Shown: positions 39,233-50,993 of the stretch, one piece after another | Layout: each line of letters opens with the position of its first letter | Numbering within the stretch: the stretch's first letter is position 1 | Assembly: GCF_006345805.1 (NCBI RefSeq) | Contig: NC_043003.1 | Span: 64,046,001 to 64,110,000, forward strand | Direction: 5' to 3' | Source: Octopus sinensis | Taxonomy: Eukaryota | DNA: 64,000 bases | Position numbers and translations under genes: made by a program | The notes under the pieces: generated by a model | What the model was told of the DNA's origin: nothing | The model's input: the letters and a program-made list of their open reading frames with translations, nothing else | Databases searched by the model: none

Positions 39233-39795
39233 AGACGAGCAAAACGCCCCCCCACCCCAGTCCAATGGACGGTGCAGAGTGGTCAAATATTTAAACCAAA
39301 TTTCTCAAAACAACTTGTCCGACCGTCCCATAGGCCTCCCCTTTGAGAAACAAATATCTAACCTAAATTTGAGACACCAACAAAAGAAGTAATAAAGATA
39401 GACATTTTTTCTATTCCAAAGAAAAATGATTTTATTCACACAAATATGCAACCGAAGAGTTTAAAATATCAGTAATGATAAGGCTGTTGACTGGGAGAAC
39501 ACAAACATGGTTTAAACTGTAAGCTTGGCAGGAAAGAAACATGCCTTTAAAGCAGTACAAAAACAACAAAAAATGGAAGGTGCAGTTATGTACAGGTTGA
39601 CGGAAGAAAAGCAGGACAAAAACGGCTTCATCAATCACATTCTCACCTGGAATCGATTTTTGTAATTTTTTCAAGACTGATACACGCCCTGATACCGTCA
39701 GTATTTACATATCAAATTTGAGCGCAATCGGATGGAGGATGTCCGAGATCCAAGAAGACACACACAGACAGACAGATGGATTTTATATAATAGAT
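39233..39795 (+). mobile_element. non-autonomous Helitron-like (HINE/Lep1-type) element
   Basis: 5' AGACGAGCAAAACGCCC; 3' CAAATTTGAGCGCAATCGGATG..CACACACAGACAGACAGATGGATTTTATATAATAGAT. This resembles the end architecture of known non-autonomous Helitron/Helentron elements. No TSD; lies within TA-rich DNA. Confidence 0.45.
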
Positions 39796-39812
39796 ATATA
39801 AGTATATATATG

Positions 39813-39871
<59 letters not shown>

Positions 39872-40251
39872 TATATATATGGGGTGTGTGTGATTGTGTA
39901 TAGAAGAATATATTAATAAAAGGAATTCCAACCTTGTCTGATTTTCACGTTTTATTTACAATCTTATAATGATATATTATAAGATAATATATTATAATTG
40001 AATAAAATAAAATGAAATAGTAGAATGTTAAATGTTCATTCTGATTGAACTAGTACTTTCATGCATTGAATTCTGCAATCTTCGGATTCATGTAGTAGTG
40101 GTGACAGTCATGCTTCACAATTTTTGTCCAGGATAGGACTACACAGCCACAGCAGGAAATATATTAGGATATGAAATGTAAAAGCCAGACTAGACTATTT
40201 TATGCGCAACTCCATTGTCTCCCGAGACAAAAAGGATGCCAACCAATATAC

Positions 40252-40282
<31 letters not shown>

Positions 40283-40477
40283 TGCATGCATGCATGCATC
40301 CATTCATCCATCCATCCATCCATCCATCTATTTAAGTATAAATTGTGCACTAGGCAACTAGTTGTGATACTTACATCTCTGTACTGAAACAATACAAGAT
40401 TTAACTGTGGTTGCATAAATGCATACATTACAACAGTGATAAATTTATATATATATATATATATATATTTTAGCTAC

Positions 40478-40601
40478 CAGCGTAAGAACTCATATAATGC
40501 AAATTGGAATTCCTGATTTACTGATGCTACCATATTTGGTGTACTTATAAACCCATTAGTTGTGTATTTCTCTGGGGAGATAAAAGCGATGCATATGGTT
40601 C
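40478..40601 (-). CDS. candidate exon (CatSper-gamma-like hypothesis)
   Basis: Branch CCTAAT, acceptor gtacctttcctcag|G, donor TG|gtagct. Peptide xTICIAFISPEKYTTNGFISTPNMVASVNQEFQFALYEFLR; the phase 1 start matches the exon ending at 48375. Confidence 0.4.
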
Positions 40602-40935
40602 CTGAGGAAAGGTACAATTAGGAGACAAAAATTCCAGTCAAATTATTCAGTCTTTTCTCTCTCTCTATAGAGAAATGATACATAAAAACGAAAAACGTTT
40701 ACCTTTGTCAGTCCATTTATTTATTCATTTATGCAGCTTTGATTAAATCTCATACTGTTTCTGTACATAAATGTACTTATAAATACACACAAACCCACAC
40801 ACACACATATATAGTTGTGAAGATCTCTTCACATGAAACTACCAGTTGCCTTACAGTTCTATATTTAAGAGATGAGGAATTATGTACATTATTTACATTT
40901 GACGGATATTTGTCTTCATCTTGTTTGTTGTTATG

Positions 40936-41183
40936 CCCATGGGCATATGGCGCAGTGGTTAAGAGTGCAGGCTACTAACCCCAAGATTCCGAGTTCGATT
41001 CCAAGCAGTGGCCTGAACACCAACGATTAATAATAATAACATCGAAAAATACCTTAGGAATGAGAGCCCAGGTTCAAAATTTCCCCAAGACACCTGAGGA
41101 AGGCTGGAGGGTATATCAGCCAAAATGTTGTTTTAACAAAAAACAAGATGAGGACAAATATCCGTCGAATGTAAATAATGTAT
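40936..41183 (+). mobile_element. tRNA-head SINE with hammerhead tail (family F, copy 2), preceded by an inverted copy of its own tail at 40882-40935
   Basis: TGGCGCAGTGG A box, GAGTTCGATTCC B box, (TAA)n, then GACAC-CTGAGGA-A-GGCTG..CAGCC-AAAA-TGT-T-GTTTT. Confidence 0.8.
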
Positions 41184-41739
41184 CAGTGCCTTGTTAATTC
41201 ATGAAAAAAAAAAAAGAATATCTGTCCACCAGTGCAGTGTTGAACACTCATTCTCACTGTCTGATATCACCATGAATATGTGAGGAACCCTTTTTGTCAT
41301 TACCAAAAGAGTGTCAGTTATAATTATCAATATCACCTGTTGTTTTACTGATTAAATTAATTACATGCTTCATTTAGACACTGCCCCTTCATATCATGAT
41401 GTTGTTGATATTAATCTCCAGGTCAATCTTAATTAGAGCAGAGCTTTAACGAAGATGACAAAGGGGACTTGTCAGCTGTGCAACCATTAACAGTCATGTT
41501 GCTAGGAGAGGTGGGGTATGGGGCAGTCCAGCTTGGACAATGCTTTTATGAAGGCAGCTTTTTTGAGTCTACTGTATTAGTCTAAATGAGCTGTAATCAC
41601 CTGAGGATGGCCGCAAACCCAAGCAGTAATCACCCGAGGGTGGCCTGTGAGGCACACACTCTAGCTACACTACTAATGATTCCATCAATTCTAAGACCTC
41701 AATACATTACGTTGACCATATATGTTTGTGTACAGACTT

Positions 41740-42131
41740 ACTCTTTACTCTTTTACTCTCTTACTTGTTTCAGTCATCTGACTGTGGCCATGCTGGAGCA
41801 CCGCCTTTAGTCGAGCAAATCGACCCCAGGACTTATTCTTTGTAAACCTAGTACCTATTCCATCACCTAACCGCCAAGTTACAGGGACACAAACACACCA
41901 GCATCGGTTGTCAAGTGATGTTGGGGGAGACAAACACAGACACACATACATATATACATATATATACATATATACGACGGGCTTCTTTCAGTTTCCGTCT
42001 ACTAAATCCACTCACAAGGGCTTAGTCGGCCCAAGGCTATAGTAGAAGACACTTGCCCGAAGTGCCACAAAGTGGGACTGAACCCGGAACCATGTGGTTG
42101 GTAAGCAAGCTACTTACCACACATCCACTCT
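41740..42131 (-). mobile_element. family A tRNA-SINE
   Basis: Reverse complement of the family A consensus. Confidence 0.9.
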
Positions 42132-42295
42132 TTGGAGGAAGAATGAGAGTTTCACTTTCATGCAAATCTTCTTTTTCCACATCACTGTTGTTTATTCACA
42201 GAAAAAGCCACTGGCTTGGGCCAGTACAGTTTGGCACCAGCTGTATAAAAAGAGCTGATCCATAACTGTAGAGGGAACATCTGTGGAAGAGGTAG

Positions 42296-42630
42296 ACCCA
42301 GGAAGACATGGGATGAGGTAGTTAAGCATGATCTTCAAATGTTGAGCCTCACAGAGGCAATGACGAGACTGTTCGCGATATGCTGTGCTTGAGAAGACTC
42401 ATCAAGTGAAATTACTCCTGGCCATTGCCGGTGTCATGTAAATGGCACTTGTGCTGGTGGCACATAAAAAGCACCCATTACACTCTTGAAGTGGTTGGTG
42501 GTGTTAGGTAGGGCATTCAGCCGTAGAAACCATGCCAATTCAAGAGTGGAACCTGGTGCTGCTCTCCAGCTTAATAGTTTCAGTCAGACCATCTTACCCA
42601 TGCCAGCATGGAAAATGGACATTAAATGGT
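42296..42630 (+). mobile_element. RTE-LINE 3' fragment
   Basis: GGTAGACCCAGGAAGACATGGGATGAGGTAG (GRPRKTWDEV), followed by the 3' UTR. Confidence 0.8.
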
Positions 42631-44399
42631 GGTGGTGGTGGTGGAGGAGGAGGTGGTGGTGATGGCGCTGCTAGTGGTGGTGGTGGTGGTGCTGCTGCTG
42701 CTGTGCTGCTGGTAGTGGTGCTGGGGTTGGTTGCTGCAAGTATTGCTATCAGATCTCAAAGAACCAAAATGAATACCACAAGGCATTCAACCTGACCCTT
42801 TCACAACAACAATAACAACAGCCAACAACAGCAGCAGCAACAACAACAATAACAAAAACAATAACACCAACAATGGAAATTCAAGAAACACAATGGAGGT
42901 TAAAAAAATTCCCAAAACCCCAACAAATAGTAAGACCCTTTCACAGTTCCACTTACCACACTGGATTCTCTGTCTTTTACGTATTTCAGTCATTAAACTG
43001 TGGTCATGCTGGGGCACTAACCCCAGGACTTTTTTTTTCAGCCTTGTACTTATTCTAGGAGTCTCTTTTTGCCAAAACATTAAGTTATGGAGATGTAAAC
43101 AAACCAAAATTGGTTAAGTCGTGGTGGCTTGACAAATGCAAAGACACACACACACATAGATGTATACACATAAACAATGGGTTTCTTTCAGTTTCCATCC
43201 ACCAAATCCACTCACAAGGCTTTGATCAGCCCAGGGCTATAAGTGAAGACACTTGCCCAAAGAGCCACACAGTGGAACTGAACCTGGAACCCTGTGATTG
43301 GGAAGCAAACTTCTTTCTGCATAGCCACACCTGTACCTTTTTGATATTTTCTTTCTTTTTTCTTTCTTTTTTTTTTTCTTTTATCAAATTTGAAAAGGTG
43401 AAAGCAAAGTTGACCTCAGCAGTATTTGAACTCAAATCAAGAGACTCTTGTTTCTTGCAATTTGATGTTTTCAGCATAACTATCGTCTGTTAGAGTTGTT
43501 TAGCCCTGATCAGGTGCATTCCATTTGTGACCATTTCTTCCTTTCACTATGACTGTGTTATCCAGTGTGTGTCCCCACCATTCCCATCATGGTGGAATGC
43601 AATTTGAGGGAATCCAGCTATTATTTCTTGAAAGTTGAGTGATTACCTAAAGGCTCAGTTTTGTCACTACTTCTACTTCTTTCTTCTTCTTCTTCTTCTT
43701 CTTCTTCTCCTCCTCCTCCTCCCCTCCTTACCTGCCTCTTCCTCCTTTTTCTTCTACTTCTCCTCCCCTCCCTCCCTTCCTCTTCCTCCTTTTTCTTCTT
43801 CTCCTCCTCCTCCCCTCCTTCTTCTCTTTCCCCTCCTCTTCCTCCTGCTCCCGTCCCTTCCTCACATCCTCCTCCTCCTCCTTCTTCTTCTTCTTCCTCT
43901 TGGGGTTCCCTTCCATGACCATCCCATCCTGTCTTTTTAGTGACATGTCAAATGTGCCATTTCCCTATTTATGACAACAGAGTCATAATTCATGGAAGAT
44001 TTGACTGTAATTTCCAGCAAATTGAACAACCACATAGATGCTCCTTCAGTGTCCACAACAACTGCTATTGTTGTTGTTGTTTTAGTTGTTGTTCTTATTA
44101 GTACAACTGTTGATGTTTTAACTGGTTGTCAGTCTTACTATTTGTTGGGGTTTTGGGAATTTTTTTAACCTCCATTGTTAACAATGTGTTTCTTGATTTT
44201 CCATTGTTGGTGTTGTTGTTTTTGTTATTGTTGTTGTTGCTGCTGCTGTTGTTGCTGTTGTTGTTGTTGTTGTTGCTGCTGCTTCATTTATTAGCGTTGT
44301 CACCCAGCAGTGAGAATCACAAAAAATTCCATGTTAGTCTATTATCATCTTCTTCAGCGAGATTTAATTAAATGATGTTTCATAGATACAATAGGGAAT

Positions 44400-44439
<40 letters not shown>

Positions 44440-45071
44440 GTGAGGGAAGGAGGGAGAAAGAGAGAGAGAGAGAGGTGAGGGAAGTAGGGAGAAAGAGAGA
44501 GAGAGAGAGAACTGGAATGAGACAGAGAGAGAGAATTAGAAAAAGGCAGAGAGAGAGAACTAGAAAGAGGCACAGAGAGAGAGAGAGGGAGAACTAGAAA
44601 AAGAGAGAGAGAGAAATAGAAAGCAAGAGAGAGAACTAGAGAGAGAGAACTAGAAAGGAACAGAGAGAGAGAGAGAGGGTGAGAGTGAGCAAGAGAAAAT
44701 GAGAGAGTGAGTGAGAAAAGAGAGAAAGAGAGAGAGAGTCACAGGTAGAGGGAGAAGAGAAAGAAAAAGAATGAGCAAGAAAGAGAATGAGAGAGGAGAG
44801 AGCAAGTGGCTGAAAGGAAGAAAGAGACAGAGGGAGAGACAGAAATAGAGAAATTGAGAGAGAGAGAGAATAAGAGAGAGTGAGAAAAAGAGTGAAAGAG
44901 AATGAAAGTGAGAATGAGAATGAAAGACACAGAGAGGGGGGAGAAAAGAGAGAGAACTAGAGAGACAGAGAGATAGAGAGAAAGGGAATAAGAGAGAGTG
45001 AAACAAAAAATGAATGAGAATGAGAGAGAGAGAGAGAGACAGACAGACAGAGAATGAAAGCTAATGAAAGA

Positions 45072-45145
<74 letters not shown>
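44400..45145. repeat. long GA-rich polypurine / (GA)n tract
   Basis: Read directly from the sequence. Confidence 0.95.
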
Positions 45146-45146
<1 letters not shown>

Positions 45147-45309
45147 AAATGAAGAAACTGGGATAAAGACTTTGTGAAAAAAAAAAAGAAGAAAAATGTT
45201 AATGAATTTTTCCAATAAATATATTAGCACTTCATTAATGTCAGATCTATTGTCAATGTTAGGCTCCCTAAATACCATTTTCTCAGAATCAATAAGATTC
45301 CTGGGGAAT

Positions 45310-45688
45310 AATCATCATCATTATCATCATCATCATCATCACTATGGCCATCATTACCACCACCACCATCACTATGACTACCATAATCATCATCATTATC
45401 ACCACCACCACCACCACCACCACCACCACCACCATGATGATCATCATCATTACCATCATCACTACCATCATCACCACCACCACCACCACTCTCATCATCA
45501 CCACCATCATCATCACCATCATCATCATCATCATCATCACCACTACCACCACCATCACCACCACCACCATCATCATCATCGCTATGACCATCACCACCAC
45601 CTTCATCTCCATGACGACGACCATTACTACATCCATTACTTTGGCCACCATAGTCATAATCATCATCGTTACCATCATGGCCACCACT

Positions 45689-45720
<32 letters not shown>

Positions 45721-45975
45721 GCAATTTGATGGACGAGTGTATAATACTCTCATTCATCAACTATTTCTAGAATTTGTCAATTCGTCAGTCAACCTTATCT
45801 TTTGTAGCCGATCACAGCTAGCATCTTGCCACTACCACCACCACGATCACCACCACCACCACCATCATCATCACCACCACCACCATCATCACCACCGCCA
45901 TCATCCCACCACCATCATCATTGCCACCACCACCTCCACTACCTTCATCACTGCCACCACCACCACCACCACCAA
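45310..45975. repeat. cryptic (CAY)n trinucleotide tracts
   Basis: Read directly; source of ORFs 45196..45729, 45224..45760 and 45344..46048. Confidence 0.95.
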
Positions 45976-46240
45976 ATGTCACAGGCATGGCTGTGTAGTT
46001 AAGATCTTCGGTTCACAACCTCATGGCTTTAGGTTTGCTCCAAGTTGATACCAACTTGAAATAATGTCTTTGTAGCAGACAGCAGCATCACATTGTCCTT
46101 GATGTTGACACTGGGATATTTGACCACTAAATAATATATACATCTTCATTCAGATATCTTTTTTTATTAATGCTTATTATCTGTACATTAAATACATTAT
46201 TTAAATTAGATGGATATTTGTTCTCATCTTGTTTGTTGTT

Positions 46241-46286
46241 AACACAACGTTTCAGCTGATATACCTTCCAGTCTTCATCAGGTGTC
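46241..46286 (-). ncRNA. minimal type-I hammerhead ribozyme motif (Penelope-type) in SINE tail
   Basis: Minus strand: stem I GACAC / GTGTT; core CTGATGA plus an extra A; stem II GACTG..CAGCT (1 mismatch); GAAA; palindromic ACGT stem III; H17=U. Activity untested. Confidence 0.6.
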
Positions 46287-46352
46287 TTGGCTAAATTTCA
46301 AACCTGGGTTCTCATTCCTAAGGTATTTTTCAATATTGTTATTATTATTATT

Positions 46353-46868
46353 GAGTGAGAGAGCAGTTCATGCCATCAAAGTGACACTGGGGTAAAATAT
46401 ACGAAGCCCAATATACCCATCATGACTACCCGTCTGATAAGGGTACACCAGGCACATGCATCACAACCATATGTGCGCGACATGGTCATCTCATATCAAG
46501 ATAAACAGCACATGACCTTGCAGGTGGGGCCCAGTTAGAATTTTCTTCAGGTTGAGTAGCTCATCCCACTCAAAAGGTCCCTGAATAAGGGTTGTTTAAG
46601 GATGTTGAAAGAACCACCCATGTTTCCAGAGGTGAACTATTCAAACCCCAAAGAATACCTCTCAACACATGGCTATGATGCTCCCCCACTACTTCTGCTC
46701 GTGATCAGAGATGCACATATCATCAGCCACTAAGGGAAATGCTCAACCGGTTACAGTCAAACAACTGACAAGCAAATCTGTGGTATTGAGCAGAATATTT
46801 GCTGTAGCCCATCTTTTATACCAAGACAAAACAATGTACATGATAACACTTCCAATCAGTTAAGATCT
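46353..46868 (-). mobile_element. family E retroposon inserted in the (ATT)n linker of a family F SINE
   Basis: Matches 6463-7020. Family F tail lies on the left (46180-46345) and family F head on the right (46930-47016). Confidence 0.8.
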
Positions 46869-46885
46869 TATTATTATTATTATTA

Positions 46886-46938
<53 letters not shown>

Positions 46939-47754
46939 TTCAGGTCACTGCTTGGAATCAAACTCGGAATCTAGGGGTTAGTAGCCCGCGCTCTTAACCA
47001 CTATGCCATATGCCCGTGGTGAAGTGGTTATGAGTGCAGGCTACTAACCCCAAGATTCTGAGTTCGATTCCAGGCAGTTAGTGGATTCAGTGGACAGAAA
47101 CTGAAAGAAGCCTGCCATGTGTGTGTGTATGTGTGTGTATTTGTCTGTGTGTGTGTGTGTACCCTTGTCTAGACATCATGTGCTGTTTGTAAATGTATAC
47201 AAGCAATGTTGTTGATTTCCAGTCTTCTTTGAAAAACATGGGGAAATATTACTTTGGTTGGTGACAGGAAGAGCATCCAGCTGTAGAAAATCTGACTCAA
47301 TGAATCCCATTCGAACCATGCTAATATGAAACTGCCACTCTGTCAGTTATGATGACAAGGGTTCCAGGTGATTCAATCAACGGAACAGTCTGCTCAAGAA
47401 ATTAATGTGAAAGTGGCTGAGTATTCCACAGACACAGATATTCTTAATGTAATTCTCAATGAGATTCAGTATAACATAGAATGTGACAAGGCTGGCCCTT
47501 TTGAATTACAGGTAATACTCCTTTTTGCCAGCTGAGTGGAGTGGAGTGGAGTGGAGCAATGTGAAATAAGGTATCTTGCTCAAGGACACAGTGGCCCTGC
47601 CAGGAACTGAACTCGTGACCACATGATTATGAGCCAAACATCCCTAACCACTAAACCACATGCTTTAACACAAGCATTGAAAAGTATATGGTAAATGACA
47701 ATGACACCGACAACAACAACAACAGTGGAGTCACAATGGCCCAGATTGGAAGAA

Positions 47755-47882
47755 GGAGGAGGAGGGGGAGGGGGAGGGGGAAGAGGAGGAGGAGGAGGAG
47801 AAGAAGAAGAAGAAGAAGAAGAAGAAGAAGAAGAAGAAGAAGAAGAAGAAAGAAAAAGAAGAAGAAGAAGAAGAAGAAGAAG
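47755..47882. repeat. (GGA)n/(GAA)n microsatellite
   Basis: Read directly from the sequence. Confidence 0.95.
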
Positions 47883-48374
47883 ACAGCAACTTTTTCCTTC
47901 AGACTAAACCAATAAAAAAATTTGGGTTGAAATAATCAATACAATGCCTTCAAGATGGTGCCTCAGAAGGTTGCCAACTAGGTTGGTGATGAGGACTAAC
48001 AAAAGGAAAAAAAAACTCTCAAAGTGTGTTGGGGAGTTTCTAGTATTTATTCAGATGAATATTTCTATTGATGGATCAATAATGTATTCATTGAGCAAGT
48101 CACAGATGTAATTGATGAGAGAGAAACACTTATGATTGAGTAGGGTGACATTTTGACTTTCAATAAACCAATACACGTAGGTGTGTATGTGCAGTATTTG
48201 TGCATGTGTACATTTGTGTGTTTGTGTGTGTATAAACCTACATAGTTGACTTACAAGCATGACAACTTTACCTATTTCTCTGTGGATTGTTAAAATAATA
48301 AACAGCCTAAATCTATTGCTGACCCTTTATCGGGTCTCAAGAAATAGAGCTACTAATTTGGATAATTTATGTAC

Positions 48375-48457
48375 TTAATGCTCTATTTAATACCAGAGGC
48401 CTGTCAAGGTGGATTCTAGTCCAAGCTGTATCAAGGTTTAATATAATATGTGTAAAC
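48375..48457 (-). CDS. candidate exon (CatSper-gamma-like hypothesis); 5' boundary uncertain
   Basis: Acceptor catgtctcctatatag|G, donor A|gtacat. Peptide FTHIILNLDTAWTRIHLDRPLVLNRAL. It lies in a frame open for about 90 codons (upstream to about 48640), so the exon may be longer. Confidence 0.35.
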
Positions 48458-48879
48458 CTATATAGGAGACATGCAAACATGTTGAGTTTAACTATTTTGC
48501 AGTAGATTGAAAAAATAACGAATGACAGGCTTAATTGATTTTCAACTCTTATTAGGGTCACACCAGTGGAGTGTACATCACTTGACCACACCCAGAGAAA
48601 CAGGTCGGCAATCCATTTATGTACATAACAAATCTTTTAGCTCCACAGAAGTGGAACTAATAATTTGCATGCTATAAGTGTTTAACAAGCCTCTTTAATA
48701 TCAGAGGCCTTTTTATCAGCAGGGAGCCCAGTTCACACAGTATTTGTAGTATCAAGGCATGATATATGTAAACATACCATATACATATATATATAAGGAT
48801 AAGATCGTTAATTTAAATTAAAGAACGATCTTATCAAGTGGCCAGCATAGAAATAAAAACTTTCAAAGATAATAATTAT

Positions 48880-49068
48880 TATTAAAATTATAATTTAGGG
48901 TATCTACGAGATACCGCCATGCTGAAAAATAGCAGCCAAAATCTGACTCTAAAACCACATTAAATGTTTTGTTCTGTATGAACATTTAATGTGGTTTTAG
49001 AGTCAGATTTTGGCTGCTATTTTCAGCATGGCGGTATCTCGTAGATACCCTAAATTATAATTTTAATA
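48880..49068. repeat. perfect palindrome: 89-bp arms, 12-nt loop
   Basis: 48880-48968 is the exact reverse complement of 48981-49068. Confidence 0.95.
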
Positions 49069-49499
49069 TTGGCTGTTGCCAGTATTGCCAGATTGGCACT
49101 CATGCAGGTGGCACGTAAAAGCCCCCATTACACTCTCGGAGTGGTTGGCATTAGGAAGGGCATCCAGCTGTAGAAACTCTGCCAGATCAGATAGGAGCCT
49201 GGCACAGCCATCTGGTTTGCCAGTCCTCAGTCAAATCGTCCAACCCATGCTAGCATGGAAAGTGGATGTTAAACGGTGATGATGATATATTAAAAGGTAT
49301 AATGAATAAGCACTCCAATTGGTCAAAACAACTTTATATCATTCCCAAATCACCAAAAATCGAATATAAATATATATTAAAATAATAGGGCATCCAATGG
49401 TAAAACACAATAGTATAAAATATTCACATATACATGAATAAAAGGTCATAAAACAAACCTAAAAGGCTAATGCAAGTGAAGTCAAATAACGAAAAATAT

Positions 49500-49680
49500 A
49501 GGTGCAGGAGTGACTGTGTGGTAAGTTGCTTGCTTACCAACCACATGGTTCCGGGTTCAGTCCCACTGCATGACACCTTGGGCAAGTGTCTTCTACTATA
49601 GCCTTGGGCCGACCAAAGCCTTGTGCCGACCAAAGCCTTGTGAGTGGATTTGGTAGATGGAAACTGAAAGAAGCCTGTCG

Positions 49681-49713
<33 letters not shown>

Positions 49714-49909
49714 GTATGTGTGTGCATATGTTTGTCCCCACAACATCGCTTGACAACCGATGCTAGTGTGTTTACGTCCCTGTAAATTAGCAGTTCAGCA
49801 AAAGTGGTCGATAGAATAAGTACTAGGCTTCCAAAGAATAAGTCCTGAGGTCGATTTGCTCGACTAAAGGCGGTGCTCCAGCATGGCCGCAGTCAAATGA
49901 CTGGAACAA

Positions 49910-49918
<9 letters not shown>
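49500..49918 (+). mobile_element. full-length family A tRNA-SINE with small internal duplication
   Basis: Consensus match; GCCGACCAAAGCCTTGTG is duplicated at about 49607-49641; followed by (GA)n. Confidence 0.9.
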
Positions 49919-49949
<31 letters not shown>

Positions 49950-50158
49950 AGTAGGAATAAATTAATGCATAATAAAGGTGACTAAAAATTTAAGGCCTTG
50001 AAGCTAAAACAATATAAATATATAAAAATACAAGAGCATAAATATAAAAAAATAAAGTGTCACCTGAGCAGTTCCAGCTGCAATCCTATTTTTATTTTTG
50101 CTCTTTGATTTAACGAAATTACCTTTCGGTTTAACAAAGTCATAAAATTATTTTCTTA

Positions 50159-50190
<32 letters not shown>

Positions 50191-50527
50191 AATATGCAGA
50201 GAGAGAGAGAGGAGAAGGAAGGAAAGAAAAAATAGGAGTGAATTTAGATGTATATCACCTTTGGGACCAACTTGATATAAACTTGAATCATTGCTCATTA
50301 ATTCATGATCGCTGATTCGTTGATTGCAGCCCCTCCCCTTCTCAAGTTTCCATAGTTACAGTTAGCTAAACATGAAACAAAACAATGTGGAAGTATCTTT
50401 ATTGTCTTGACTTCTTTGCTTGATGAAGAAATCTATGGATTACTCCCTAATACCCCGTTTTGCAAATCATCGTAACAAAATGCACTCCCTACTGGCATAC
50501 CAAATTATTACAATGAAAATCCCTTAA

Positions 50528-50993
50528 CCCTTTAGCATTTAAACTGACCATATCTGGCCCAAATATTCTACCAGCATTATATTCAAACCAACCAGATTGA
50601 GCCTATAACACATACCCTGCAATATCCTTTCTACAATAGGCATAAGGCCTGAAAGTTTGGGGAAGAGGCTAGTCAATTATGTTGATACCCAGTGCGCAAC
50701 TGGTACTTATTTTATCGACCCCCCCCCCCCCCCCCGAAAGGATGAAAAGCAAAGTTGACCTTGGTGGAATTTGAACTCAGAACGTAAAGACAAATGAAAT
50801 GCTGTTAAGCATTTTGTCTGGCTTGCAAATGATTCTGCCAGCTCACCGCTTTACCGACTGTACAATATCATTCAGAACGTATACAATCACAACATCGGAA
50901 AATCTCAGAGCTATGAGATAATGCCTGACGAATTCAAAACAACATGAATAAATAAGCATTTCATTCGACAAGAGTAATCTAAATACTGAAGGG
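50528..50993. mobile_element. piggyBac-like MITE carrying a nested family B SINE (about 50630-50872)
   Basis: TTAA-CCCTTTAGCATTTAAACTG ... CTGAAGGG-TTAA; internal sequence is similar to 13261-13481. Confidence 0.8.

Noticed and set aside
40942-41012. tRNA gene
   Set aside because: It has A/B boxes but no complete cloverleaf, and it continues into a SINE body found in multiple copies. The same applies to 5998-6060 and the other SINE heads.
43940-44090. Frames of about 50 codons open on both strands
   Set aside because: No credible donor, partly microsatellite, and no recognisable protein.
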